From Anolis carolinensis (lineage: Eukaryota), in contig NC_085842.1 of assembly GCF_035594765.1 (NCBI RefSeq), forward strand, positions 135,793,036 through 135,857,035: a stretch of 64,000 bases of DNA, given 5' to 3'. This document shows, piece after piece, positions 22,624-35,378 of the stretch; the first letter of the stretch is position 1; each line of letters starts with the position of its first letter. A program made the position numbers and the translations under genes. The notes beneath the pieces are model-generated. The model did not search any database and had not been told where the DNA came from. It was given only the letters and a program-made list of their open reading frames with translations.

Positions 22624-24057
22624 ATAGAATCATAGAATCATAGAATCATAGAATAGTAGAGTTGGAAGAGACCACATGGGCCATCTAGTCCAACCCCCTA
22701 CTAAGAAGCAGGAAATCGCATTCAAAGCACCCCCGACAGATGGCCATCCAGCCTCTGTTTAAAAGCCTCCAAGGAAGGAGCCTCCACCACAGCCCCGGGG
22801 AGAGAGTTCCACTGTCGAACAGCTCTCACAGTGAGGAAGTTCTTCCTGATGTTCAGGTGGAATCTCCTTTCCTGTAGTTTGAAGCCATTGTTCCGTGTCC
22901 TAGTCTGCAGGGCAGCAGAAAACAAGCTTGCTCCCTCTTCCCTATGACTTCCCTTCACATATTTGTACATGGCTATCATGTCTCCTCTCAGCCTTCTCTT
23001 CTGCAGGCTAAACATGCCCAGCTCTTTAAGCCGCTCCTCATAGGGCTTGTTCTCCAGACCCTTAATCATTTTAGTCGCCCTCCTCTGGACGCTTTCCAGC
23101 TTGTCAACATCTCCCTTCAACTGTGGTGCCCAAAATTGGACACAGTATTCCAGGTGTGGTCTGACCAAGGCAGAATAGAGGGGGAGCATAACTTCCCTGG
23201 ACCTAGACGCTATTCCCCTATTGATGCAGGCCAGAATCCCGTTGGCTTTTTTAGCAGCTGCATCACATTGTTGGCTCATGTTTAACTTGTTGTCCACGAG
23301 GACTCCAAGGTCTTTTTCGCACACACTGCTGTCAAGCCAGGCGTCCCCCATTCTGTATCTTTGATTTCCATTTTTTCTGCCGAAGTGAAGTATCTTGCAT
23401 TTGTCCCTGTTGAACTTCATTTTGTTAGTTTTGGCCCATCTCTCTAGTCTGTCAAGATCGTTTTGAATTCTGCTCCTGTCTTCTGGAGTGTTAGCTATCC
23501 CTCCCAGTTTTGTGTCGTCTGCAAACTTGATGATCGTGCCTTCTAACCCTTCGTCTAAGTCGTTAATAAAGATGTTGAACAGAACCGGGCCCAGGACGGA
23601 GCCCTGCGGCACTCCACTTGTCACTTCTTTCCATGATGAAGACGACGCATTGGTGAGCACCCTTTGGGTTCGTTCGCTTAGCCAATTACAGATCCACCTA
23701 ACCGTAGTTTTGTCTAGCCCACATTTTACTAGTTTGTTTGCCAGAAGGTCGTGGGGGACTTTGTCGAAGGCCTTACTGAAATCCAGGTACGCTACATCCA
23801 CGGCATTCCCTGTATCGACCCAACTCGTAACTCTATCGAAAAAAGAGATCAGATTAGTCTGGCATGACTTGTTTTTGGTAAATCCGTGTTGACTATTAGC
23901 AATGACCGCATTTGTTTCTAAGTGTTCGCAGACCACTTCCTTGATGATCTTTTCCAGAATTTTGCCTGGTATTGATGTGAGGCTGACCGGACGGTAATTG
24001 TTTGGGTCATTCTTTTTTCCCTTCTTGAAGATAGGGACCACATTCGCCCTCCTCCAA
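22624..24057 (-). mobile_element. CR1 LINE, 5'-truncated, with uninterrupted reverse transcriptase (ORF2) C-terminal half
   Basis: 439-aa open frame with [33 protein letters not shown]; (ATTCTATG)n 3' tail. Confidence 0.95.
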
Positions 24058-25455
24058 TGGGGGAGGGAGAGAGAGAGAGAGACGTGTCTGTTGGTGGTAT
24101 TGCAATTAGTGTGCGTCTTACAAAGGATGGTGTCTTAGAATGAAAGAAATATGCTAATTAATCTTCTTCCATACTAAGAAAGTGCTGGAACTGATTCATA
24201 TGTTGGCCGTTGAGCAATTGTACGTGTTTTATTTGCATTTTACTATTAAGATGCCCCTTCAAGATAAACTGGACACGTTTGGTGAGATTTCATGCCTTAA
24301 GAAGGCATGCCATGTGGACTTGAGATGAGACTTCGTGGTCTCTGTGAAATCGCTCACAGTGCACATACCGTAATCCAATTATCTACACATTGATCCACAT
24401 TCCCAGCCCAGTCCTACACATTCCTTGGCAGAGCATTCCTAGGATTCCCCAGATACAGCCATGCCAACAGCCCATCACACCTCAGTTCAGGACTCCTCCT
24501 TCTCTGCAAAGATTATTTCCAGTCATGCTAGCTATATTTTGTGCCTAAACCACTCTTCTGGTCCCTCGTATCCAGATTTTCCTTTTCCGATCTATCTTCC
24601 CAACCATACTTCTGCAAAGGCGCTTGACTTTCCCTCGTTGTGCATCCCATCATCCCATGATCCAGGAAGCTGCTGGTCGTCAGGTCAAGCTCCTCTCGAC
24701 CCATGCTGCTCTTCTGATTGTCACTAACCCAGGTTTTCAGCACCTTCAAGAAACGTCATTTTGACTAGAGTTGTGTTGTTCTGTCCTTTCAATAACCTCT
24801 GACTTAGAACAACCTTTATCCTAGGTTTTGATTGGCAAGAATTTTTCGGATTACTATTACTATCCTCTGAAGCAGAGAAACTGTGACTTGTCCAGGTTCA
24901 CCCAGTAAGTTTCGGTAGCTAAGCTGGGACCTAAATCCAACACTCAGACTGTTGTACTAAGCTGGCTCCCCTTTACTGAAGATACTAGAGAAACAAACCT
25001 GATACTTTCTATGAAAATCCTGGGAAAGTTACTTTTTTTGGACTGCAGCTTTTAGAAAGTTACTTTTTTGGACTCTAGCCAGCATGGCCAGTGTGGCTTT
25101 TTTAAGATACGAAGTTATGCTCCCTCTCCAATTTTGCATCTGTATTATTTTGTCTTCACCACATCTGAACTCCCCAGATCCTGTACTGCATGTACTTCTA
25201 AACACCTCTAACTTTTCAGTCCATCTTAGGCATGTGTTTTCTCCAAGACTGCAAGACCATGAGTAATGCAAAAGATCTGTAACTGCATCTCTCAATTAAC
25301 CTCCAAATCAGCACAAGAAAACTCAAACTGTGAAAGAAAAGAGTGTAACTTGGCTTTTAGCAAGTTACACTTTCTCAGCCTCAGAGAAAGGGAAGCCCCC
25401 TCTGAAAACCTTTACCAAGAAAACTCTGTACTAGAGTTTCCTTAGGGTTGCTTAG

Positions 25456-25794
25456 GGAGCTCCCAGTGGCACAGTGGCATAGCAGGTTAAACATATACTA
25501 AAAATGGGACCAAAAGGTCGGCAGTTTGAATCTGGGGAGCAGGGTGAGCTCCTGCTGTTAGCCTCAGTTCCTGCCAACCTAGCAGTTTGAAAACTTGCAA
25601 ATATGAGTAGATCAATAGGTACTGCTCCAGCAGGAAGGTAGCAGTGCTCCATGCAGTCATGCCGGCCACATGACCTTGGAGGTGTCTACGGACAACGCCA
25701 GCTCTTCAGCTTAGAAATGGAAATGAGAACCAACCAACCCCCAGAGTCAGACACGACTAGACTTAATGTCAGGGGAAAACCTTTACCTTTACCT
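25456..25794 (+). mobile_element. Sauria SINE
   Basis: Full-length body; ACCTTTACCTTTACC tail; flanking duplication TAGGGTTGCT. Confidence 0.85.
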
Positions 25795-26776
25795 AGGGTT
25801 GCTATGAGTGGGAAACCAATTTGAAGGCACACAATAATAATAACAACAACAACAACAACAACAACAACATATTATCCCCTGTTGGCTTCTATGGGAAAAG
25901 AGTAAAGGGCAAAAGAACAATACAATACCTTTCCCCTGCACTGCCCACAATCTCGTCAGGAAATCAGACTCACTGATTTTGTCAGAACTTGCTTCTGAGT
26001 AATCAAGATTGACTTTTTCTATAAATCACATTTGCAGTCTCCTGCACTCATTTGAAACCCAGAGCTCTAAACCATGGATTTGGTCCACAGCTCTGCCACA
26101 AAGCTCTTATTCATTCTCAGGTTCCTCTTGCAGGCATGTAATTCTTCCTGAGCTTGGAAAGTTACTCTTTGAACTGCAACTTCCAAAATCCAACAGAAGT
26201 AACATTTCCAAGTCCTGCATAATGAGGAGAAGGGGAGTTCCAGCATCACCCTGTCAGTTAATTAAATTTAGCATGAGCTTTCGTGGACAGCAATCTATCC
26301 AGATGCATGGACAGAGTAATGTTAAAACCACTGGTGTTTCAGTGCAGTTACAAAGTTGTGGGAGCAGGCTAGAATGTAAACAGATATTTATGAAATATAA
26401 TTTTTAATTCTAACCAGAAATCTTTGCCCCTGACCATACATGTGCAAAGCTTCAAATTCCCTCCTGGCTGCTTCTAGAATAGGAAATGTCAGGCATTTGG
26501 GAAGGAGGCTTTGAGCACATCTAACAGTGTAGCTGTTAAACTGAGGCCAAGCTGCATTCATTCTACAATGCAGAATCAACATTATAGGATGAATGCAGCT
26601 TGACTGACTCCACTTCAACTGCCATGGCTCAATGCTATGGAATCACAAAAGCTGTAGTTTTGCAAAATCTTCTCTGCCAAAGAGTGTTGGTACCCCACAA
26701 AGCTACACAGCTCCCATGATTCCACAGCATGGAGCCATGGTAGTGAAAGTGGTATCAAGCAGCATTCATTCTACAG

Positions 26777-26911
26777 CAGTAGTTATCAACCTGGGGTCCT
26801 CAGATGTTTTTGGCCTACAACTCCTAGAAACCCCAGCCATTTTACCAGCTGTTAGGATTTCTGGGAGCTGAAGGCCAAAAACACCTGTGGACCCCAGGTT
26901 GAGAACCACTG
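26777..26911. mobile_element. Palindromic hAT MITE (~135 bp)
   Basis: CAGTAGTTATCAACCT...AGGTTGAGAACCACTG; perfect TSD TTCTACAG. Confidence 0.85.
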
Positions 26912-27298
26912 TTCTACAGTGTAGACCAGTGATTCCCAAACTTCGGCCTTCCAGCTGTTTTGTAGTTCAACTCTCAGAAATTCAGCCAGCCAAAACAACT
27001 AGAACACTGCTTCTTAAACTGTTGGGATCATAAAAGATTGGGTAACAGTGCTAAGTTCCTGAACACCACCCATTGACACAATTGGTTAGCAAGAACATGC
27101 AGTAGGCTTTGCTGCTGTAACCCCATATAAAGAAAAAGCAGCCCACTGAGTGAGCCGTGGAAATACTGATTTGTGGGCAGCAAATTTTGAATGTTTATAT
27201 CAATTTTATATACCGATAAACTTGGGGTCACCTACAAATTTCTAGGGCAGAAAAAGGTTGTGAGTGGGAAAGGTTTAAGAAGCTGTGATCTTCTAGAA

Positions 27299-27852
27299 CA
27301 GTGGATCCCAACCTGTGGTCCATGGACCACCAGTGGTCCCCAAGAACTAAAATATGGTTCGCAGCCTCACTGTTACAATGAGAGCGACTGGTGTCACAAA
27401 ACCTTATAGTGCTCAGGCAACAGGAATGTTGGGAAGGGAGAGGCTGACTAACCATGAAAGACATGACAATAAGCCTCCTGACTGCTGCTTCTCCTCCTCC
27501 CTGCCCCAGAGTGGAGCCAGTCCCATGTGGCATCTGAAAGTGCCTTTCTGTCTTTGTTATTAGGCCTGTTCCTGGGGTTATTTGGGTGCTGATTCAGAAA
27601 ATTGCATTGGATAGACCACAACAGCTCTAGATGATTAAATATATATTTTTGTGGGTGAGAAGATGGCGACTACTGGATGGCATATGTTCTGAATCAGAAA
27701 CTAGAGCTGATGTGGTCTGTCCAATGCAGTTTTTTGAATCAGCACCCCAAATAACCAAACCAAATCTAAAGTTGACCAAAAACTGATTCGTAACCCTTTT
27801 GGTACTAATGTTGGAGAGTGGTCCCTGGTCAAAAAAAGGTTGGGAACCACTG
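27299..27852. mobile_element. hAT non-autonomous element
   Basis: TIR CAGTGGATCCCAACCT...AGGTTGGGAACCACTG; TSD TTCTAGAA/TTCTATAA; interior related to ~70-290. Confidence 0.75.
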
Positions 27853-28186
27853 TTCTATAAGATCTCAGTTTGGGGAAGACTGGTGTAGATGCTCCCTTTG
27901 GCTGCTCTGTTGGTTTCCATCCAAGAGTGAGTACGTGAGTGAGCCTACAACAGTATCATTTAGTACTTTGAGTTCCAGGCCCTTTTGAGTTATATTACAG
28001 AGCCAGGCTAGAGAAGGCTAGAGAAACAATCTACATGTCATAGGCATGGAAACATCTTCTTAGATATACACAGGACAGATGAATAGAGAACACATCTACC
28101 ATGTGAAGATGGTTAGTTCTAAAAAGACTGTCAGAACTGGGCAACAGGTTATTCCCTTTATATAGGCATGGGCAAACTTCGGCCCT

Positions 28187-28656
28187 CATAGAATCATAAG
28201 TTGGAAGAGGCCAAGTGGACCATTTAGTCCAACCCCCTGCCAAGAAACAGGAGAATCACATTCAAAGCATCCCCGATAGATGGCCATCCAGCCTCTGCTT
28301 AAAAGCCTGCAGAGAAGGAGCCTCCTGCCTCCACCACAGTCTGGGGCAGAGAGCTCCACTCCTGAACAGCCCTCACGGTGAGGAAGTTCTTCCTGATGTT
28401 CAGGTGGAATCTCTTTTCTTTCCTGTAGTTTGAAGCCATTATTCCGTGTCCTAATCACCAGGGCAACAGAAGTCAGGCTTGCTCTTTCCTCCCTATGACT
28501 TCCCCTCACATATTTATACATGGCACATCATCTCTATAATCTGTTAAGATCGTTTTGAATTCTGCTCCTGTCTTCTGGAGTATTGGCTATCCCTCCCAAT
28601 TTGGTGTCATCTGCAAACTTGAAGAGCCCTTCATCTAAGATGTTGAACAGAACGGG
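28187..28656 (-). mobile_element. Degenerate CR1 with internal deletion, nested in a hAT MITE (28163-28723)
   Basis: 28187-28525 matches ~22640-22975; 28530-28656 matches ~23440-23590; MITE TIR halves on both sides. Confidence 0.75.
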
Positions 28657-28729
28657 CAGTTAGGAATTGTGGGCGTTGAGGCCCAAAACACCTGTAGGGA
28701 GGGCCGAAGTTTGCCCATGCCCGTTTTGT

Positions 28730-29540
28730 CAAGCGAGAGCCCCTGCAGCAAGGGGCGTCCGGCTGGGCTCACCTGCGCGCGCTGTCGCTCGTCCTCGAGG
28801 GCGACGGCCTGGTGCCCGCGGTGCTGGGGGTCGGCCTTGCAGAGGAGGCAGAGGCAGGCGCCGTCGTTGCGGCAGAAGGCCTCGAGGGGGCGCAGGTGCA
28901 GCCGGCAGAGGCGGTCCTCCAGGCGCGGCGAGGGGGCCACCAGGCGATGGCCCTGGAAGGCCGGGCTGCGCAGGTGGGGCTGCAGGTGCGCCGCGCAGAA
29001 GGAGGCCAGGCACACCAGGCACGACTGCGCCGCCGCCGCCCGGCCCTCCTCCTCCGGGCAGAAGTCGCACAGCACCCCCGACGGCGGCGGAGAAGAGGCA
29101 GCCTCCCCTGCCGCCGCCGCCGCCTCCTCGGCGTTCCCCGTGGGCTCCAGGGCGGGCGGGCGGCGGAGGTGGAGGAGCAGCTCGGCCAGCGCGTGGTTCT
29201 TGCGGAGCTGCAGCCCGGGCGGGAAGGGCTCCTGGCAGAGCGGGCAGCGCGAGGCCGCCCCTTTCCCCGCCCGGTGCGCGCCCAGGCAGCCCAGGCAGAA
29301 GTTGTGCCCGCACGGCACCGTCACCGGTTCCTTCAGCGCGTCCAGGCAGATCGGGCACGCGAACGGGCCCTCCGCCGCCGCCGCCGGGGACGAAGAGCCA
29401 TCCGCCATCGGGGACCCGAGGGAAGGGAGGGAGGGAGGGAGAGAGGGAGGGAAGGCAGGCAGGCAGGCCGGCGCGCCTCGGCCCAAGGGGCGGATCCTCA
29501 GGGGCGTGCCCGCCCGGCTTCCCGCCTGCAGGACTCCCAG
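28730..29540. promoter_or_regulatory. CpG island over TRIM47 exon 1 and promoter
   Basis: Very high GC and CpG density; GGGCGG box near 29488. Confidence 0.75.
28773..29408 (-). CDS. TRIM47: TRIM47 exon 1 (RING, B-box 1, B-box 2)
   Basis: MADGSS...FACPICLDALKEPVTVPCGHNFCLGCL (RING), CDFC...CLVCLASFCAAH (B-box 1), CRLHLRPLEAFC...H (B-box 2); CAG|GTGAG donor; exons total 1860 nt = 619 aa + stop. Confidence 0.95.
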
Positions 29541-29559
29541 CCTGCCTCTACTCTAATAC

Positions 29560-30741
29560 CCCTTAGTACAGCTCCTCATGTTGTGGTGACCCCCAAGCAT
29601 GACGTTATTTTCGTTGCTACTTCAGAACTGTCACTTTGCTACTGTTATGAATCCCCATGTACATACATATCTGATCTGCAGGGTGTATTTTCATTCACTG
29701 GACCAGGAGCCTCCGGTGGCCTAGGGGAGAAAAGCCTTGTGACTTGAAGGTTGGGTTGCTGACCTGAAGGCTGCCAGGTTCGAATCCCACCCGGGGAGAG
29801 CGCGGATGAGCTCCCTCTATCAGCTCCAGCTCCATGCGGGGACATGAGAGAAGCCTCCCCTGGGTAACGTCCTTGCAGGCGGCCAATTCTCTCACTCCAG
29901 AAACAACTCGGGTTGCTCCTGACACGGGAAAAAAAATTCACTGGACCAATTTGGGCACAAATACCCGATACGCCCAAATTTGAATACTGGTGGGGTTGAG
30001 GGGAGGATTGATTTTGTCATTTGGGAGTTGTGGTTGCCGGGATTTATAGTTCACCTACCATCAAAGAGCATTCTGAACCCCACCAACGATGGAATTGAAC
30101 CAAACTTGGCACACAGAACTCCCATGACCAACAGGAAATACTGGAAGGGTTTGGTGGGCATTGACCTTGAGTTTTGGAGTTGTAGTTCACGTACATCCAG
30201 TCCACTGTGGACTCCAACAATGATGGATCTGGATCAAACTTGGCACAAACTCTCAATATGCCAAAATGTGAATGTGAGAGTTTGGGGAAAATAGACCTTG
30301 CCATTTGGGAGTTGTAGTTGCTAGGATTTATAGTTCACCTACAATCAAAGAGCCCCTTGAACCCCACCAACGATAGAATTGGGCCAAACTTCCCACACAG
30401 AACCCCCATGACCAACAGAAAGTACTGGAGGGATTTGGGAGGAATTGACTGATTTAGGGGATATGCAGTTCACCTACATCCAGAGTACTGTGAAACCAAA
30501 CAATGATGGATATGGACCAAATTTGGCACAAATACCTGATACACCGAAATTTGAATACTGGTGGGGTTGGGGGGGGGGGGGTTGATTTTGTTATTTGGGA
30601 ATTGTAGTTGTTGGGATTTATAGTTAACCTATAATTAACTAAAACCTTCAGAAAGATGTTTTCTGATGGTATTTGACAACCTCTCTGATACCCCCTCATG
30701 ACCCCCCCCCCAGGGGTCCCGACCCCGTTTGAGAAACACTG
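29560..30741 (+). mobile_element. SPIN/URR1-like hAT derivative with internal repeat array and SINE insertion
   Basis: CCTCATGTTGTGGTGACCCCCAA...TTATTTTCGTTGCTACTTCA..ACTGT..TTTGCTACTGTTATGAATC resembles the SPIN/URR1 left end; right end GGGGTCCCGACCCC..TTGAGAAACACTG. Confidence 0.7.
29706..29935 (+). mobile_element. Anolis SINE2-type tRNA-derived SINE
   Basis: GGTTCGAATCC B-box; A-tail; 13-bp TSD ATTCACTGGACCA. Confidence 0.8.
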
Positions 30742-31087
30742 CTTTACTCAATCAGGCCTGGGCAAACTTCGGTAGGTTGTTAGGAATTGTGGGAGTTGAA
30801 GTCCAAAACACCGGGAGGGAGAGCCGAAGTTTACACACAGAGAAAAGCGCATTCTGGTGTATGAAGTGGCGGAGAAATCAGGAACTCCGTAAACTTTCAG
30901 CCAACGAGCGCCCTCTAGTGATCGTTTTCAAAAGCACATTTTGCTCATTTAAAAAATCCGATTCCGAGTACGAAAGCCTGGGTGATTTTCCCGTCTATTG
31001 GCCTGAAGGCTGCGTGGTAACTTCCTGCATGCCAGGGCTTGATGAGATAAAATGCAAGGAGATGAAACCGCTGCTTAAGTATCCCTT

Positions 31088-31362
31088 GGTGGAGCCCCCA
31101 GTGGCGCAGTCAGTTAAACCCTTGTGCTGGCAGGACTGATGACTTGAAGGTTGGGTTGCTGAAGGTTGCTGGCAGATGAGCTCCCTTCTGTCAGCTCCAG
31201 CTCCCTGCGGGGACATGAGGGAAGCCTCCCACAAGGATGGTAAAAAGATCAAAACACCTGGACGTCCCCTGGGCAACGTCCTTGCAGATGGCCAATTTTC
31301 TCACACCAGAAGCAACTTGCAGTTTCTCAAATCGTTCCTGATACACACACACACACACACAA
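31088..31362 (+). mobile_element. Anolis SINE2-type SINE with (CA)n tail
   Basis: Homologous to 29706-29935; TSD AAGTATCCCTT. Confidence 0.8.
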
Positions 31363-31378
31363 AAGTATCCCTTTCCTC

Positions 31379-31830
31379 TTTATTTACCATGTCAGAAGTG
31401 AACTGAGAATACAGTTATAATGTATAGAAAAACCACAAATTAAAAACTTGGCATTATACTAAAAGTCCTTTGACCAGTAGCCGGCCACTTGGGAGTGCCT
31501 CTGGTATTGCTGTGAGAACTCCTCCATTGTGCATGTGGCAGGGCTCAGGCTGCATTGTAGTCAGTGGTCTGTGGTTTGATCTCCACTCTTGTGTGTCGTG
31601 GACTCCACTTTGTAGCCCCAATTTCTTGAGGTTGGCTCTGCATCTCGTGGTGCCAGAGTGCAGTCTGTTCAGCGCCTTCCAAGTCACTCAGTCTTCTGTG
31701 TGCCCAGGAGGGTTTCTCATCTGGTATTAGCCATGGCTTGAGGTTCCAGGTTTTAGCCTGCCACTTTTGGACTCTTGCTTGCTGAGATGTTCCTGCAAGT
31801 CCCTTGCCTGTGAAAAAAACTTCTTGAAAG
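31379..31830 (-). mobile_element. Vingi LINE 3' fragment
   Basis: Reverse-complement homology to ~2160-2587. Confidence 0.7.
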
Positions 31831-32129
31831 TCACCCAAATGCGCACGCACACACACAAACACTCATCTATTTGGGGAAGAAGTACTAAGAAAGGGCCTGA
31901 GGATACACATCTCACAAACATCATATATTGTAGTGTGAAAAGGCAAATGGTGTTTCAAGCATTGGACAAGGCACCAGAGACTAGAAATAATTCAATTTGC
32001 AAAATCAACTGTTTCTCATGTCAAGGGATCTTCATGGCACAAGCCTTTTTGGTTCATTTGATTTCATACTAGATATACCCATTTATTATTGAAGTCTCTT
32101 TTTCTGGGAGTGACCTTCTTATGGGTTTG

Positions 32130-32486
32130 ATTTATTTATATATTATTTTATTTCCATCATTTCTATCCCGCCCTTCTTACCCGAAGGGACTCAGGGCAGT
32201 TACAAAACTGGCAGAATTCGATGCCAATACACAACAATACAAAATAATAAAACATAAGTAGTTAAATACAGATTTAAAACAATACAAAATACTCAAGCCA
32301 TTCATCCACAAAACCTTGTACATAAACCTTAGTCCATACCAAGTCGAAGCCAACAAAACCTATTCTTTGAACGCTTGCTTGCATAGCCAGGTCTTCACTT
32401 CCTTTCTAAAACTCAAAAGAGATGGAGCCTGCCAGATGTCACTAGGGAGGGAGTTCCACAGCCAAGGAGCCACCACTGAGAAGGCC
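32130..32486 (-). mobile_element. L2 LINE 3' fragment
   Basis: Translates AFSVVAPWLWNSLPSDIWQAPSLLSFRKEVKTWL (L2 ORF2 end); AATAA-rich tail. Confidence 0.75.
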
Positions 32487-33848
32487 TAACATTGCCTAAT
32501 TTATCAGTAGAGAAGTACAATAAAAAGGAGGAAACTTGAATTAGAAAGCAAACTTTAAAAGTATACAGGAAAACAAATGGCAATGAGCTTGGCATTCACT
32601 TTCTGAGTATGAAAAAGCATAACAAAAAACAATTTGTAAGGTAAGCCATCCATACTGACATATACAAGTCAATGTTACATTAGTTTCTGGAAGTCTGATA
32701 AAGACATGGCAACATGGCACCTTTCTGAAATCTACAACAACAACAAAAGTGTTACTGCCTAGTTTTCTGACAAAACAAGTTCCAGGATAAAGCTACCTGG
32801 AAAATTTGCACTCACCTTAAATTGTCCCTATGAGTTCCCATCCACTATTGTGCCAACTACTTTCTGCCAATGTGGTTCTTTGTCAATCACATGTCAAATC
32901 CCCCTACCAAGGCTATTAACTGGGTTTCAAACAAGGTAGGTTCTGTTGGTTTGTTCTGAAGTTGAATTTGTAACTTGGAATAGGTACATTTTTAAATGGA
33001 ACTCCAGCCGATTTTTAAAAATGTTTTAGATAACATACGAAAGGGTTAATATCCCCGTAGTATTTGTTTTGCTGTTTATGCCCTTGTTCAGAAGATTTCA
33101 CTTTACTTTCTATCCCTGGAACAATTGGATTTTGAAAATTTGGGGTTGTGGAAAAAAGGATTGGCGAGAAAGCTTAAGTGGAGACACCTTTCCCCATTGA
33201 TAACACTTACAGGAGTGAATTTCCCTTCCTAGAGGTAGATTTTTCTCTCATGTCCTGTTGACTCAGGGACAGGAAGTGAGATAAAATTTTTCTGATGAGG
33301 GTATCATGAAGATCTTACAATGGCACAAGCCCCATACTGTACATACCAAAAACTTAAAAAAAATGCACACAGGTCTACTTTAAATGCAACTTGGAAATAT
33401 GTTTGTCTGAACATATTATTTATTTTTATCTGTGCATGTAAATGCTTACATATTTTCAGATAATGCAAAAGGCCCAGAGGATTCACCTAGCACACCACAC
33501 ACACACACACATACACAATTCTTAACTAGGAGTCTAGGACTCATATGTAAGATTGTTTGTAAATCAGGGGCTCCCTGTAATCACTTCCCTCATCCACTTT
33601 CACTGCTGAGTTTCTTAAAATAAGGTAAAATTTTTAGAATGGATGTTACATCAAGAAGCAGATAGTTAAGATAGGTTAACTTCTATGTCTGGGTACTTAA
33701 TGAGTAAGTACTCTTGACGTTGCATGTTAGTTGCAACTTTAGTTGCGAGAGCCAGAAATCAATGATGTCTCGAGGATGATTTACAAAGGAGAAAAACAAC
33801 ACAGACCACTAAAAACCTAGGCATCTTGAGGGCTACAGAAAATCACTG

Positions 33849-34474
33849 TCACTGTTTTGGAGCAGTCTTCTTATCTCCTTGTTTCTCCACAACGGTGAGA
33901 GTTGTTTGTATGTCAGCAGGCATCCCATCAATTTGGCCTTGGCCTTCTGCCTTTTGGCAAAGGGTGACTGTTGTGCCTTCACACAGCCAAAAAATTGGGA
34001 CAAGTGGGGGTGAAAAGATGATGTCAAATGAGTGCAAGGGCTTCATATTGTCATCTACACCGTAAAAGCACAAGATCCCGTGGTCACAGTTCAAGGACAC
34101 ACCAATGAACTTGCACAAGGGCTCTTTGATCTTCGTAGGCTCGCCATTGTGCCAAGCCACATAGCAGTCTTCTTGGACATGCAGGCCCCAGGATAACTGG
34201 TCCTGCCCAATGGTGAAATTTTGTCTGCCCCATTTATTCCTACAGATTCTTTCATAAGCGACACCAACAATGGCAGACTGGCCTGATATCTTGACTTCCC
34301 AGTAGTTACTGCCTTGGCTGAATTTCTGGACACATAGCACTTGCCAAGGTTCAAACCTCTGAGGTTCATTTGGCATTTTTGAAAAGTCTTGAGGATGGGC
34401 AGCCTTCCGGTCGAGATCAGACAACCGTAGGTATTTGTTTGCTGTGCTTGGATCAAAGGTCAGGTTCTGTTGAT
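33849..34474 (-). CDS. TRIM65: TRIM65 exon 6 (PRY-SPRY domain, stop codon)
   Basis: [19 protein letters not shown]...[21 protein letters not shown]...SWGLHVQED...PIFWLCEG; TAG acceptor 34475-34476; TGA at 33849-33851. Confidence 0.93.
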
Positions 34475-35055
34475 CTATGGGAACGACAAGAATGTCAGAA
34501 CAAAGGGGGGAAATCCATCCTATTCTTTAGTGATTCATCTTTCCCTGAGATCTGTTTCATGCAGCAAGTTCACTAAACAGGAATGTGCTATGGCTGGGTG
34601 GAATTGTGATTCACAAGGCCTGAGGCTACAATGCTATTGTGTCACCTCTGCATCTCAATTTCTCACTGAAAAAGGAGACCTCTTTGACAAAATAATATTT
34701 TCTTTGAAAAAATACACAAGGAAAAACAGTGACTGAAATTTAGCCTTAGGCGGACACCTGCTGGCAGGACTGACCTTTCTTCACCTTCTCCTTACAGCTC
34801 CCTTTGTGGCCCAAAATCTGTTTCAGGGAATTTCCCAGCCCCAGGTTTTGAGAATGGGACGAACTGCAGGATGGAGGGAGGGACTGTCGGATACTCGTTC
34901 TCCCCTGACAGAAGCTGTTCTACCCATAGAACAACTTGTTGGATCAGTTTTCCTGGCAGAAAATACTGCTTTATGTACAGGGAATATGCATTCAGCATGT
35001 TGTCTTCTGCACAAAACCCTGCATGTGCATTTTTGCTGCGTAATAAGTCCCAAGC

Positions 35056-35378
35056 AGAGCCCCCAGTGGGGCAGACGGTTAAACTGCTGAGCTGCTGAAC
35101 TTGCTGACCAAAAGGTTAGTGGTTCGAATCCAGGGAGTGGGGTTAGCTCCTGCAGTTAGCCCCAGCTTCTGCCAACCTAGCAGCTTGAAAACATTTGAGT
35201 AGATTAATAGGTACCGCTCCGGCGGGAAGATAACGGTGCTCCATGCAATCATGCCGGCCACATGACCTTGGGAGGTGTCTATGAACAACGCTGGCTCTTC
35301 AGCTTGGAAATGGAGATGAGCACCAACCCCCAGAGTCAGACATGACTAAGCTTAATGTCAGGGGAAAACCTTTACCTT
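35056..35378 (+). mobile_element. Sauria SINE
   Basis: GGTTCGAATCC B-box; ACCTTT tail; TSD TAAGTCCCAAGC. Confidence 0.88.

Noticed and set aside
22722-24041. 439-aa reverse transcriptase ORF as a host gene or novel RT system
   Set aside because: 5'-truncated CR1 ORF2 lacking an ATG, endonuclease and promoter; ordinary LINE copy
28667-29747. Long plus-strand ORFs (299, 295 and 311 aa) and a 209-aa alternative minus-frame ORF
   Set aside because: Stop-poor shadows of the GC-rich TRIM47 exon 1; low-complexity translations
29950-30640. Repeat array that could be mistaken for a CRISPR-like array
   Set aside because: Degenerate higher-order repeats inside a hAT element with no unique spacers; eukaryotic context and no cas genes
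35056-35140. tRNA-like A/B boxes here and at other SINE heads
   Set aside because: SINE heads, not tRNA genes; no complete cloverleaf
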